From: a virus
Taxonomy: Duplodnaviria; Heunggongvirae; Uroviricota; Caudoviricetes
Direction: 5' to 3' (one strand)
IMG/VR virus record: IMGVR_UViG_3300025889_000082
Coordinates: 41,348-105,347 of that record
DNA: 64,000 nt
Below the pieces are notes generated by a model. It saw only the letters and a program-made list of their open reading frames with translations, did not search any database and was not told the origin of the DNA. Numbering within the stretch: the first letter of the stretch is position 1; each line of letters begins with the position of its first letter. Position numbers and translations under genes: made by a program. Shown one piece after another: positions 35,926-46,145 of this stretch.

Positions 35926-38516
35926 TGGCAATTATAAGATATACGAAAGACGCAACAATTAGGTATGCCTATTTGAACATCTTTCCTGATCAATTTAAAA
36001 CTGAGAAGGAAAAGATGGATGAGAGTTGGATTAAGAATACTATGGACTACTTTGCTAATAAGGCATATGCAGAGTATGTTAAAAGCAGAGATACATTTGT
36101 AAAGAACTATGACCTTGTTAAAGGTATTTTAAGAAGAGAAGATTTCTATGTTGAACCAGAGGTGAGAAGTTTCACAGATGTGCTTACAGCAGATTTGGAT
36201 CTTCCTGCTTATGTTAAGATGTATTCTATTATCACCACTCCTCTTAACGAGTTAGTTGGAGAGATAAGCAAACGACCAGATGCGTTTCGTGTCAAAGCAT
36301 TTGATGATGATAGTAAATCAGAAGAGTTAGAATTTAAAACTCAAATGTTAAATGACTATGTTGTTAACAAAGCTAAGCAGAAAATCATGGAAGATGCTGC
36401 TATGAGAGGTGAAGAGATTGATGAAGAAGAGATACAGAACATGAGCTTAGAACAAGTGAAAGATGAATTAGATAACTATACTTCTACAGCAGAAAAGTGG
36501 GCAAACCATATACTATCAGCTCAGAAGATTGAGTTTAATTTAAAAGAGAAAGGAGAAGATACATTTAGAGATTTATTGATTTCTGCTAGAGAGTTCTTCC
36601 ACATTTATGAGGATAACTCTAAACTTGGGTTTAATGTAGAGGTGGCTAATCCTAAGAACACTTGGTTCTTAACTACACCAGACAGAAAGTATATTTCAGA
36701 TCCTACAGGTAGAGCACAAGGAGCATATGCTGCTGGTATTGTACAGGTTATGGAATTATCTGAGATTATTGAATCTGTTCCTGACTTAACTAAAGAAGAG
36801 ATTGATCACTTACGTAGTTCATTGCAAGACTATGGTTTAATTAATGTACGTGAATCTAACTTAGGTAATCCTAATGCCATTCCTGGTAATGACTCTATTC
36901 AATATGATACATATGATCCATTGGTATTACAAACCAGAATGATCATTGAATCTGAAATGAAGGAAAATAATGATGGTTTAAAAGACTTCTTAGGATTAAC
37001 TTCTAATGTTAGTAGCTTTGGTTACAAGTATGTAGTGGTTAGATCTTACTGGATTTCTAAAAAGAAGATAGGTAAAGTTATTTACTTAGATGAGTTAGGA
37101 AATGAACAATCTCAGTTAGTGGATGAGAACTATAAGTCTGGAACTCTTCCTACACAACAATCATTAGAGTGGGGATGGATTAACCAATGGTACCAAGGTA
37201 TCAAGATTGGTCCAGATATCTATCATATTAAACCTTATAACTTATTACCTTATTGTCCTATCATTGGACAGGTGTTTGAGGTGAAGAATACAGAAGCTAA
37301 AAGCTTAGTGGATATGATGAAACCTTTCCAAGTAATTTATAATGTTTGTATGAATCAACTTTATAAGTTATTGGAGAAAGAGGTAGGTAAGGTACAATTG
37401 ATGTCTATTAGACACATTCCTATTCCTAAAGATGGTGATGCTCAAGATGCATTAGATATCTGGGAAATGGAAGCTAGAAATAGAGGTGTAGTATTTGTGG
37501 ATGACAGCCCAGAGAACTTAAAGAGTCCTTCTAGCTTCAACCAATACACCAGCTTAGACCTTACACGTACGCAGGAGATCCAAGCAAGATATACTCTAGC
37601 TCAACAGATTAAGAATGAATGTTGGGAGTTGATAGGTATGTCAAGACAAAGACTTGGTTCTGTGTCTGCTAGTGAATCTGCTACAGGAACTAATGCAGCA
37701 ATTACACAATCTTATGCTCAGACAGAACCATTGTTTGTAGCTCATGAATATGTAATGGGACAATTATATCAAGCAATTATTGATGCAGCTTTATATGTAG
37801 AAAGTGCTAAACCACAATCTACTATTTCATATGTTACTTCTGAGGGAGAGTCTGCATTTGTATCTGTAAATGGTACAGATTTACGTTTCAGAGATTTAAA
37901 AGTATTCTTGACTAATAGACCTGAAGATAAACAAATGTTTAATGAGATTAGAGGATTATCTCAAGCTGTTATTCAAAATGGTGGTAGCTTGCATGATGTA
38001 ATTGAATTGTATAGCACTAACTCTATGAGACAAATGAAGAAGGTGTTCAAGACACTTAAGGATAGACAAGAGGCTATGCAGAATGCTCAAATGCAACAAA
38101 AGCAACAAGAATTAGAACAACAACAACAACAAGTTCAGGCTCAAATTGAAGCTGCTCAACAACAAGCTCAAGAAAAAATGGCTAATGAAAACTACCAAGC
38201 AGAGCTTGATAGAATTAATAAGAAAGAGATTGCTCTTATTGCAGCTGAAGCTAAAGGTGGTCCATTGAGTGACATTGATCAATCAGGAGCTCCTGATGTG
38301 TTAGAGATTGATAAATTAGCAATGGAACAAGCTAATGCTCAAAAGGAATATCAGACTAAGATGATGGACATGCAAAGTAAGAACCAATTAGCAGCTGAGA
38401 AGTTACAAATAGAAAGAGAGAAACTAAAGATAGCTAGAGAGAACCAAGCAAATGACTTGGCCATAGCTAAGGAAAATGCCAAGGGAAGAGCCAAAGCAAA
38501 ACCAAAAACTAAATAA
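35925..38516 (+). CDS. portal protein with Q-rich coiled-coil C-terminal extension
   Basis: 863 aa immediately after terL (ATG overlaps the stop). C-terminus is …QNAQMQQKQQELEQQQQQVQAQIEAAQQQAQEK… Assigned by size and position. Confidence 0.5.
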   Translation: MAIIRYTKDATIRYAYLNIFPDQFKTEKEKMDESWIKNTMDYFANKAYAEYVKSRDTFVKNYDLVKGILRREDFYVEPEVRSFTDVLTADLDLPAYVKMYSIITTPLNELVGEISKRPDAFRVKAFDDDSKSEELEFKTQMLNDYVVNKAKQKIMEDAAMRGEEIDEEEIQNMSLEQVKDELDNYTSTAEKWANHILSAQKIEFNLKEKGEDTFRDLLISAREFFHIYEDNSKLGFNVEVANPKNTWFLTTPDRKYISDPTGRAQGAYAAGIVQVMELSEIIESVPDLTKEEIDHLRSSLQDYGLINVRESNLGNPNAIPGNDSIQYDTYDPLVLQTRMIIESEMKENNDGLKDFLGLTSNVSSFGYKYVVVRSYWISKKKIGKVIYLDELGNEQSQLVDENYKSGTLPTQQSLEWGWINQWYQGIKIGPDIYHIKPYNLLPYCPIIGQVFEVKNTEAKSLVDMMKPFQVIYNVCMNQLYKLLEKEVGKVQLMSIRHIPIPKDGDAQDALDIWEMEARNRGVVFVDDSPENLKSPSSFNQYTSLDLTRTQEIQARYTLAQQIKNECWELIGMSRQRLGSVSASESATGTNAAITQSYAQTEPLFVAHEYVMGQLYQAIIDAALYVESAKPQSTISYVTSEGESAFVSVNGTDLRFRDLKVFLTNRPEDKQMFNEIRGLSQAVIQNGGSLHDVIELYSTNSMRQMKKVFKTLKDRQEAMQNAQMQQKQQELEQQQQQVQAQIEAAQQQAQEKMANENYQAELDRINKKEIALIAAEAKGGPLSDIDQSGAPDVLEIDKLAMEQANAQKEYQTKMMDMQSKNQLAAEKLQIEREKLKIARENQANDLAIAKENAKGRAKAKPKTK

Positions 38517-38518
38517 TA

Positions 38519-39049
38519 ATGTTTGATAAACTCATTGAGATAATAACTCACTGGTGGTTCCAAATAACCCCAGTGATTATTATCAGAGATTATGAGGAAG
38601 CTGTGCTTCTCAGATTTGGAAAATTTCATGCAGTTCTTAAACCAGGAATGCATGTTAAAATTCCTTTACTAGATGAGGTGATAGATCAACATGTTGTTAT
38701 CACCACTCTAAGTTTAGATGCTCAGTCTTTATATACTATAGACAAGCAGAACATAGTTGTCAAGGGAGTTATCAAATATAAGATATCAGATGTTAAAACA
38801 TTTTTACTTGAGGTGTATGACGCACAGGATGCCCTTGCTGACATGTCTCAAAGCATCATAAAAAATGTTATTATGTCAATGACCCTAGAAGAATGCACTG
38901 ACACAGAATTAGACAACACTTTGACCAAGAAGGTGAGAGTGGAGGCACGTAAGTGGGGTGTTGAAGTTCAACAAGTTACACTTACAGATTTAGCTCCAAT
39001 AAGGAGTTTTAGATTTATAAATGACTCTTTTCTTAACAAATTAGATTAG
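38519..39049 (+). CDS. SPFH/band-7 (stomatin/prohibitin/HflKC) domain protein
   Basis: ITPVIIIRDYEEAVLLRFGKFHAVLKPGMHVKIPLLDEVIDQHVV matches the SPFH core (V.QGE.AVVERFGKY…L.PGLHF.IPFID.V…). Confidence 0.65.
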   Translation: MFDKLIEIITHWWFQITPVIIIRDYEEAVLLRFGKFHAVLKPGMHVKIPLLDEVIDQHVVITTLSLDAQSLYTIDKQNIVVKGVIKYKISDVKTFLLEVYDAQDALADMSQSIIKNVIMSMTLEECTDTELDNTLTKKVRVEARKWGVEVQQVTLTDLAPIRSFRFINDSFLNKLD

Positions 39050-39107
39050 AGTGAAAAAAGTTAATGCTATATTATACTGAATAATAGTCTGTATAAAGAC
39101 ATGTCTC

Positions 39108-39138
39108 TTTGCTATTAATTTAACTTAATATACTTTTA
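39108..39138 (+). promoter_or_regulatory. Bacteroidetes-type promoter (TTTG-N19-TAcTTTTa) upstream of the scaffold gene, overlapping palindrome AGACATGTCT
   Basis: TTTG at 39108-11, a 19-nt spacer, then TACTTTTA at 39131-38. The 10-bp perfect palindrome AGACATGTCT lies just upstream (~39097-39106). Confidence 0.4.
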
Positions 39139-39170
39139 CATTCACAAAACCAATTAAAACTCAACTACAT

Positions 39171-40457
39171 ATGGCTGAAAACCTAGATACACCCCAATTG
39201 GGTAATTTTAGTATTCAAGATACTATGGATATGGGTATGGGTAGTCAAGAGCTATTAGATGGCTTATTTGCACCTGAAACTGCTACAGGAAATCCTGATG
39301 ACATTAAAGACATCAAAGATGAACCTGCTCCAGCACCTGCCCCCAAAAAGACTACTTCTAAGACACCAGCTCCTGCTCCAGAAGAAGGAGAGGAAAAGAA
39401 AGATGAGAATCCTGTAAAGGACATTCAAAGCTTCTTATATGGTGAAGATGAAACTGAAGATGAGGAAGATGATCAAGATGATAAACCAGCACCTCCAGCT
39501 AAGAAAGCTGCACAAAGTACTGATAATCAAGAAGATAGTAATGAGGAAGATGATGAAGAAGGTGATGAAGCTCCTACGAGCCAGTTCACTGCTTTATCAA
39601 ATGACCTTTTCAAATTAGGTGTATTTTCTAAAGATGAAGATGAAGAAGATGTAACTATAGATACTCCAGAAGCTTTCTTGGAAAGATTCCAAGCAGAGAA
39701 GAAGAAAGGAGCTATTGAAATAGTAGACAACTTTATTGGTCAGTTTGGTGAAGATTACCAACAAGCATTTGATGCAATCTTTGTTAAAGGTGTTAATCCT
39801 AAGGATTATTTCAGCTCATATAATCAAATCCAATCTTTCTCTGAGATGGATTTAACTCAAGAGAACAACCAAGTAGCTGTTATCAGACAGGCTTTGACTG
39901 ATCAAGGCTTTGAATCAGAAGACATTGATACTGAGGTTGAAAGATTGAAAAACTATGGTGACTTAGAGAACGTTGCTACTAAACACCATAAAGTATTAGT
40001 AAAGAAAGAAGCTGCAAAGCTTCAACAACTAGAGCAAGACAAACAAGCTCAATTACAACAGCAACAAGCTATCAAACAGCAGTATCTTCAGAACGTAAAC
40101 CAAGTGTTACAGGAGAAGCTCAAAGCAAAAGAATTTGATGGCATACCAATTAACCCCAAATTAGCTGGTGAACTACAAGATTTCCTAGTAACAGATAAGT
40201 ACAAAACTGCTAGTGGTGAAACACTAACAGACTTTGATCGTACCATTCTGGAGCTGAAGCGTCCTGAGAATCATGCAACAAAAGTAAAGCTTGCGTTGCT
40301 TATGAAGATAATGGAGAAAGATCCTACATTATCTACTATTCAAAAGACAGGTATCACCAAGAAGTCCAATGAGCTATTTGGTGAGGTTGCCAGACAAGCC
40401 CAGAAGAGTTCAGTGAAATCTAAACAAACAGCTAAACCCACTTCTTGGTTTCAATAA
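39171..40457 (+). CDS. scaffolding protein (acidic, coiled-coil)
   Basis: 428 aa. Acidic stretches (EDETEDEEDDQDD, EEDDEEGDE). Q-rich helix LQQLEQDKQAQLQQQQAIKQQYLQN. Directly upstream of the capsid gene. Confidence 0.5.
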   Translation: MAENLDTPQLGNFSIQDTMDMGMGSQELLDGLFAPETATGNPDDIKDIKDEPAPAPAPKKTTSKTPAPAPEEGEEKKDENPVKDIQSFLYGEDETEDEEDDQDDKPAPPAKKAAQSTDNQEDSNEEDDEEGDEAPTSQFTALSNDLFKLGVFSKDEDEEDVTIDTPEAFLERFQAEKKKGAIEIVDNFIGQFGEDYQQAFDAIFVKGVNPKDYFSSYNQIQSFSEMDLTQENNQVAVIRQALTDQGFESEDIDTEVERLKNYGDLENVATKHHKVLVKKEAAKLQQLEQDKQAQLQQQQAIKQQYLQNVNQVLQEKLKAKEFDGIPINPKLAGELQDFLVTDKYKTASGETLTDFDRTILELKRPENHATKVKLALLMKIMEKDPTLSTIQKTGITKKSNELFGEVARQAQKSSVKSKQTAKPTSWFQ

Positions 40458-40491
40458 CAATTTCTATAACAAAAATTAAAAAGGATAACAA

Positions 40492-42045
40492 ATGGCAATT
40501 CAAACAATCCCAGGTTTAACTGGTTTTACCTATGCTAGAGTAGCTTCAATGGACAAGCGTGCAGTAGGTAAATTGACTGATGCGAACCATTTAGAGAGCT
40601 TCCACTCAACTGAGCCTGCTGATTATGATAAAAAGATCATCAGCTTGTATACTCAGAGTTCTCTTTATAGTAATGATTTCTTAGACATGATCAACAAGTC
40701 TACTCCTTACTATATTGATAACAATAGTGATGCTTGGAAATGGCAAGTACAAGTACCTTACAAGTTCCCTAAAATCATTGACGTTCCTACCAGCACTTTG
40801 GAATTAAACAAGCCTGGTATTGATGGTCAAGAGTTTCAATTAATCATTGACACTAATGAGTTTAGCAAGAACGCTATCATCTCTGTAGGTACACGTCAAT
40901 ATGGTCCACGTTTTTACGTAGTAAAAGATCCAGTTCCTTGGAACGTTGGATACTTGTACACATTCACTTTAGTAAGTGACAACCCAACTGTAGATTTCGT
41001 ATCACCTGTATTCTTACAAGTAGGTATTGAATTAGAATTGGTTGATGCTGCAATTGGTGAATTTGACCAAGACTTATTAGGTCTTCCTCGTTTAGGTGAG
41101 CAAATCACAATGTTTGAATCTTTAGGTTCTGCATATGGTTATGAGCACAAAATCACAGAGTGGGCTGATGACAAGATGATGAGAGACAGCAAAGGTAATC
41201 CATTGGATATCTTGGTATACGCTCCTCAAAGACGTAACCAATTACCTTTAACTCGTAATGATGTTAAATGGGAACCATTCATTGAATTCTGGATGCGTAA
41301 GTCTATGTTAGAATTAAAAGTTAAGCGTATGATCTGGGCTCGTCCTGGAACTGTGAAGACTAATGGTTCTAAGCAAGAATTAAAGCGTACTTCTGCTGGT
41401 GTTTACCACAGAATGCGTAACAATGGTAACTTAGTACAGTACAACAGAGGTGAGTTCACAGCTAACTTAATTCGTTCTGTATTTGGTGACTTATTCTACA
41501 GACGTGTGGATGTTAAAGACAGACGTGTTAAAATGTACACTAATGAAGCTGGCTTTGACGTATTCCAACAAGCTTTAAAAACAGATGCTTTAAATTCTGG
41601 TTTAACTTTCATGGCTGATTCTGGTAACAGATATATGCAAGGAGAAGGACAACACATCACTTACAACTTTGCTTTCGATGCAATGGTAACTCGTGAGACT
41701 GGTCGTGTTGAATTGATCCACTTGAAAGAGTTAGATTTACCTCAAACTAACTTAGAATTTGGACAGAATAAAAAATCTACTCCTGTATTCATGGTATTTG
41801 ATGTATCTCCTATGAGTGATGGTTCTATGGTGAACAACATTCGTGAAGTACGTATGAAGGGTGCACCTTCTATGACTTGGGGTTACATTGATGGTACTCG
41901 TCACCACTTAGGCTTTGCTAAGTCTCAAGGTATGAGTTCTGCAAACAAATTCCCTGGATATGAGATCTGGATGAAAGATCGTTGTGATGTATTTATTGAA
42001 GATTTATCTCGTACAGTATTGATTGAAGAGATTCCTCAATTCTAA
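40492..42045 (+). CDS. major capsid protein
   Basis: 517 aa after the scaffold gene. Codon usage suggests high expression (Arg almost exclusively cgt/aga, ggt/gct preferred). Followed by a cluster of GC hairpins. Confidence 0.55.
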   Translation: MAIQTIPGLTGFTYARVASMDKRAVGKLTDANHLESFHSTEPADYDKKIISLYTQSSLYSNDFLDMINKSTPYYIDNNSDAWKWQVQVPYKFPKIIDVPTSTLELNKPGIDGQEFQLIIDTNEFSKNAIISVGTRQYGPRFYVVKDPVPWNVGYLYTFTLVSDNPTVDFVSPVFLQVGIELELVDAAIGEFDQDLLGLPRLGEQITMFESLGSAYGYEHKITEWADDKMMRDSKGNPLDILVYAPQRRNQLPLTRNDVKWEPFIEFWMRKSMLELKVKRMIWARPGTVKTNGSKQELKRTSAGVYHRMRNNGNLVQYNRGEFTANLIRSVFGDLFYRRVDVKDRRVKMYTNEAGFDVFQQALKTDALNSGLTFMADSGNRYMQGEGQHITYNFAFDAMVTRETGRVELIHLKELDLPQTNLEFGQNKKSTPVFMVFDVSPMSDGSMVNNIREVRMKGAPSMTWGYIDGTRHHLGFAKSQGMSSANKFPGYEIWMKDRCDVFIEDLSRTVLIEEIPQF

Positions 42046-42055
42046 TAAATGCCCC

Positions 42056-42180
42056 TCTAAGAATAGTATTCTTAGACTGACACCACTGGTGTTTCGCAAA
42101 AAACTCAGAAGACATTCCCCCCACCTCCTAGTGGGGGAGTCTTCTAACACAGATGGATGGGTCTAGGCTCCATGTCTGAC
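42056..42180 (+). other. cluster of GC-rich hairpins 3' of the capsid gene (terminator or RNA-stability element)
   Basis: Hairpin tctaagaata-g-tattcttaga (42056-76). Hairpin acaccactggtgt (42080-92). Hairpin gaagacattcccccac-ctccta-gtgggggagtcttc (42108-44). An imperfect fourth hairpin follows. No U-tract. Confidence 0.45.
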
Positions 42181-42235
42181 AGCATACCCTTCGTTGGGAA
42201 CCATCTGCAAATAAACCAAATAAAATAAACTACAT

Positions 42236-43201
42236 ATGGGTAAGATAGGAAAAATCTCTACTATTAAGAAAGAGTACAACAACTCTCAATTGCAAACAAT
42301 GCAAGGTGGTCTTGCTATGAAAGGTTACACTAGAATTCCTGGTACAGGTGTATTTAAGTATCCTTACAAAGAATTAGATGGTCAGTACAGAACAGGTCTT
42401 GATCCTAAAGCTGCTTATATCAGAAGAATCTCAGATCCTCTTGAAAGAGAGATGGAGATTGAAAGAGTAACAGAGTTAAGACAAAAGCTTGAAGATGCTT
42501 TGAATGTAGACTTAGGTCCTCGTTCACAGTTTTGGAACTATGGCTTATCAACTTCTGTAGATGATGCTTTGCACGTACAAGCAGTTAAATTATTAGATGG
42601 TGACAACTTCTTTGACTTATCAATGCCATTGCAAGAACTAGCGTTCTCATGGTTAAGAGTTCATCCAACAATTGCTTCTAGCTATCAAGCATGGGAGCGT
42701 GGTGAATATCCTGCAGACATACAATATTATGTTGCTGATGATGAGATTGAGAATAAGGTGGTATTCAAGAAGAAACAACTTATTAACAAAGCAATCATTA
42801 AGTTTGATCAAATGACTCCTGAGAAGAAGAAGAAAGTAGCTCGTTTACTTGGTCTTCCAGTGTCTGATGATTCTAAAGAAGAAGCAGTTTACAATCAGGT
42901 AGATAACCTATTAAAACAAACAGAATTCAAGAATGGCAAATATCAAGGTTTGAATCCAATTGAGGTGTTCAACAGATTTGCAGACATGAAGGAAAACTTA
43001 CTCCATATTAAAGACTTGGTTAAACAAGCTATTGCTCACTCAGTTTATAGAGTTAGACCTAATGGCAGAGTTTATGAAGGTGAATTTGAAATAGCTGCTG
43101 ATGAGGATGAATTAGTGAAGTTCTTAGCAGATGAAGATAACCAAGACCAATTATTAACCTTAGAAGGTAAATTAAAAAGTAAAAAAATAGCTTCAGTATG
43201 A
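42236..43201 (+). CDS. hypothetical virion protein
   Basis: 321-aa ORF in the structural operon. Confidence 0.4.
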   Translation: MGKIGKISTIKKEYNNSQLQTMQGGLAMKGYTRIPGTGVFKYPYKELDGQYRTGLDPKAAYIRRISDPLEREMEIERVTELRQKLEDALNVDLGPRSQFWNYGLSTSVDDALHVQAVKLLDGDNFFDLSMPLQELAFSWLRVHPTIASSYQAWERGEYPADIQYYVADDEIENKVVFKKKQLINKAIIKFDQMTPEKKKKVARLLGLPVSDDSKEEAVYNQVDNLLKQTEFKNGKYQGLNPIEVFNRFADMKENLLHIKDLVKQAIAHSVYRVRPNGRVYEGEFEIAADEDELVKFLADEDNQDQLLTLEGKLKSKKIASV

Positions 43202-43929
43202 TCCCTGTAGATAGTTTATTATATAAGATAGATCAGAAACTAAATAAACTATCCACAAATGAGCATCAACAAATCAACTTAGAGGACAAAATCCTTGCTT
43301 TGAATGAAGCTCAGATAAAGCTGATAAAGCAGAAAGTTGATGGATGGAGCACAGTTTCTGGATTAGGTATGGATGCTTTTAAGAAGCGTTACGAAGACTT
43401 GCAAAGTTTAGTAGTTACTTACAACAACCAACCTCTTACCCTAGCATTGAAGAATGCTGAACTAAATCAATGGTTTGCAAACTTGCACACTCTTATTCCT
43501 AAGTACATGTTCTATATTGATAGTTATGTATTAGCAGACAAAGGAAGGTGTACAGATAGAAAGATATGGATTAATAGAGACTTGGCTAAGCATGGTGACT
43601 TACAGTTCTGCTTAAACAATGTCCACTACAGACCTTCTTTTGAATATCAAGAGACATTCAACTTTCTATCTTCTGATGAGATAAGTATATTTACAGATGG
43701 TACATTCACACCAAAAACTATAAATATATCTTATATGAGATATCCTCAATATATTAATAAAACAGGATATGTTATGTTTGATGGATTACCATCATTCGAT
43801 CAGGATTGTGAACTTGAGCTTTACTTAGAAGATGAATTATTAGATTTGACAGTGCAGAACTTGGCAATGTATACAGAAAACCAAAGTGCTGTTCAAAGCT
43901 CAATCTATAGAATTCAAACAAACGAATAA
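43198..43929 (+). CDS. hypothetical virion protein
   Basis: 243 aa; start/stop overlap ATGA. Confidence 0.4.
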   Translation: MIPVDSLLYKIDQKLNKLSTNEHQQINLEDKILALNEAQIKLIKQKVDGWSTVSGLGMDAFKKRYEDLQSLVVTYNNQPLTLALKNAELNQWFANLHTLIPKYMFYIDSYVLADKGRCTDRKIWINRDLAKHGDLQFCLNNVHYRPSFEYQETFNFLSSDEISIFTDGTFTPKTINISYMRYPQYINKTGYVMFDGLPSFDQDCELELYLEDELLDLTVQNLAMYTENQSAVQSSIYRIQTNE

Positions 43930-43956
43930 TTTTTCATAACCTAAAATAAAATCAAA

Positions 43957-45117
43957 ATGGCTGATTTTTCATTAACCACGCTCTTCGTGGTTCCAGTAGG
44001 AAATTCTCTACCTAGCTCTGGATCTACGCAAGACTTAACAGCTGGCCAAGTAGGTATTTTTGGTAGTGATTACACAGTAGCAACTGCTGGTAACATTACT
44101 GACTTCCCTTACTTTTATGTTGCACAAGGTAGAGTAAACACATATTTACAAGGTTCTAAGCGTTCAGACAAAATTGCTGGATGTCCTAGTGGTAACTCTT
44201 GTAAAACAAACGTAACTGAATGGTATAAATCTTCTGGTTGTGCTACAGCTGTGAATCAAGTAACTGATGTTACTAATTTCACTGTAAAACCAGGTGAGAT
44301 TGTTACTTTGACATTACGTGGTTTTTCTAGCTATTTGAATACTTTATATTTCAATGGCTTCACTCGTTCTGTAACTGTGAACGCTCCATGTTTACAATGT
44401 GGTGACAATCCTTGTACAGATGTAGATGTTCCTACTTTAATTGATGAGTTAATCTTAAAGTTAGAAGCACATGCTCCTGGTGACAACCCAGATAACATCT
44501 ATTTGACTCAGTTCTATCAATTCCAAAGAATTGGTAATGATCAAAATGCTATCTTACGTATCACTGGTAAACCATTAACTAAATATGGCCAACCTTGTGA
44601 TGTTGCTGCATTCCCTTGGGAGTATGACAGATTCTACTTTAGAACTTTCATTTTCTCTGGTCCTGCTACAACTGCTGACTTTATTGTTGCTGATCCTTGT
44701 AACACAGTGGCTACTCCAGTAATCACTCAAAGATCTAACTATCCTGTTGGTACTTCTGCTGAAGTTCAACAATTAGAAAAGAACTTCTATAGCTACCAAG
44801 CTGGTTACTTGAAGCACTTATACAGAATGAATGGTTACAACGAGAACTTTGAGTCTTGGGTAACTGATGGTACAATCTATGATTTGTATTACATCAAATT
44901 CAATGAGTATGATAAAACTGCTTACCAATGGGGTGACTACATCATGGAAGATAGCACTGTAATCATTGCTGTTCCTCAAGGTCAAACATCTGCAATTGAA
45001 GCTGTATTAGAAGCTGGTTTAGGACCTGTAGCTGGTGACACTGAGTGTATCACTACTACTAGCACTACAACTACTGTATGGCCTAGCACTTCAACAACTA
45101 CTACTTTGATTCCTTAA
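43957..45117 (+). CDS. abundant structural protein (major tail or tube candidate) with C-terminal poly-Thr tract
   Basis: 386 aa with biased codon usage. C-terminus is TTTSTTTTVWPSTSTTTTLIP. Followed by a hairpin and U-run terminator. Confidence 0.35.
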   Translation: MADFSLTTLFVVPVGNSLPSSGSTQDLTAGQVGIFGSDYTVATAGNITDFPYFYVAQGRVNTYLQGSKRSDKIAGCPSGNSCKTNVTEWYKSSGCATAVNQVTDVTNFTVKPGEIVTLTLRGFSSYLNTLYFNGFTRSVTVNAPCLQCGDNPCTDVDVPTLIDELILKLEAHAPGDNPDNIYLTQFYQFQRIGNDQNAILRITGKPLTKYGQPCDVAAFPWEYDRFYFRTFIFSGPATTADFIVADPCNTVATPVITQRSNYPVGTSAEVQQLEKNFYSYQAGYLKHLYRMNGYNENFESWVTDGTIYDLYYIKFNEYDKTAYQWGDYIMEDSTVIIAVPQGQTSAIEAVLEAGLGPVAGDTECITTTSTTTTVWPSTSTTTTLIP

Positions 45118-45145
45118 GAAATAAGGTAGTGTCATATTAACCTAT

Positions 45146-45193
45146 GCCAGAGGGGAGAGGATTATTTCTCAAATCCTCTGGCATTATTATTTT
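45146..45193 (+). terminator. rho-independent terminator after the 43957 gene
   Basis: gccagagg…cctctggc stem with a nested gaggatt/aatcctc, followed by ATTATTATTTT. Confidence 0.45.
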
Positions 45194-45200
45194 AAATAAC

Positions 45201-45758
45201 ATGGTCTTAGATATACTAGTAATACCTACTTACAACACATTAACTTTAGGAGTGGCTGATGCATCAACATATGATACTGATCCTCCTGTTGTAAGTGCTC
45301 CTACAATAGAAATCACTGTTCCAAACTTTGGAGTGGTATCATTACCTTTTACTCCTAATGAATTTAATATATTCAATTCTACATCATTGGGACTATCTGC
45401 TGTAGGTGACCCATTAATTCCTTTACCTGATGGTATCTACTATTTAAAATATACAGTTGCTCCTGCTATAACATATCATGTAGAAAAGAACATAATGCGT
45501 ACAGAATTGATTCAAGAGAAGTTTGATAATGCATTTATGAAGCTTGACATGATGGAATGTGATAGTGCTATTAGGACCCAAGCAAAAGTAGATTTGAATA
45601 GTATTTATTATATGATATCAGGTTCAATAGCTGCTGCAAATAACTGTGCTGTGGATACAGCAAATAAGTTATATTTGCAAGCAAACAATATGTTAAATAA
45701 TTTTATTAGAAATAACTGTGGTTGCACAGGAAATAACTATATTATAAATTTTTATTAA
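45201..45758 (+). CDS. hypothetical structural protein (start moved to MVLDIL at 45201, after the terminator)
   Basis: The track start 45144 lies inside the terminator hairpin; the next in-frame ATG is at 45201. Confidence 0.4.
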   Translation: MVLDILVIPTYNTLTLGVADASTYDTDPPVVSAPTIEITVPNFGVVSLPFTPNEFNIFNSTSLGLSAVGDPLIPLPDGIYYLKYTVAPAITYHVEKNIMRTELIQEKFDNAFMKLDMMECDSAIRTQAKVDLNSIYYMISGSIAAANNCAVDTANKLYLQANNMLNNFIRNNCGCTGNNYIINFY

Positions 45759-45759
45759 G

Positions 45760-45894
45760 ATGGCAAATTGTAGAAATTGTGGAATGAAAGTGGGCTGTGG
45801 ATGTCAATTAATTAATGGCTTATGTTCAGCATGTCATAACGCTGCTCAAAAAGCTGCAAAACTTGTTAAATATGTTGCAGCCAAGATTAACTAA
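45760..45894 (+). CDS. possible 44-aa Cys-rich mini-protein (zinc-ribbon-like), overlapping the next ORF
   Basis: MANCRNCGMKVGCGCQLINGLCSACHNAAQK…: CxxC…CGC…CxxC. ATG is 2 nt after the previous stop. Confidence 0.25.
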   Translation: MANCRNCGMKVGCGCQLINGLCSACHNAAQKAAKLVKYVAAKIN

Positions 45895-46138
45895 CTGTAT
45901 AGAATGTGCTAGCATTCCTGCTTTACTTATTGATATTGATTGTAAGCTTACAGAACTAGCTAAACAGCAATACAACAATATTATCTTCTCTATGAACAAT
46001 TACATACCTGGACCTGTAATTGGTGATTTATTGAATTACAAAAGGATATTAACCTATAAATATTGTAATCCAGACTATTGCCTAAGGTTTAGTGTACAGC
46101 AAATAGCTAGTAGAGTTAAAGTGTTAATTCATAAATAA
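45815..46138 (+). CDS. hypothetical protein with Cys-containing N-terminus
   Basis: 107-aa ORF. Starts inside the mini-ORF in another frame. Confidence 0.35.
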   Translation: MAYVQHVITLLKKLQNLLNMLQPRLTNCIECASIPALLIDIDCKLTELAKQQYNNIIFSMNNYIPGPVIGDLLNYKRILTYKYCNPDYCLRFSVQQIASRVKVLIHK

Positions 46139-46145
46139 ATTAAAA

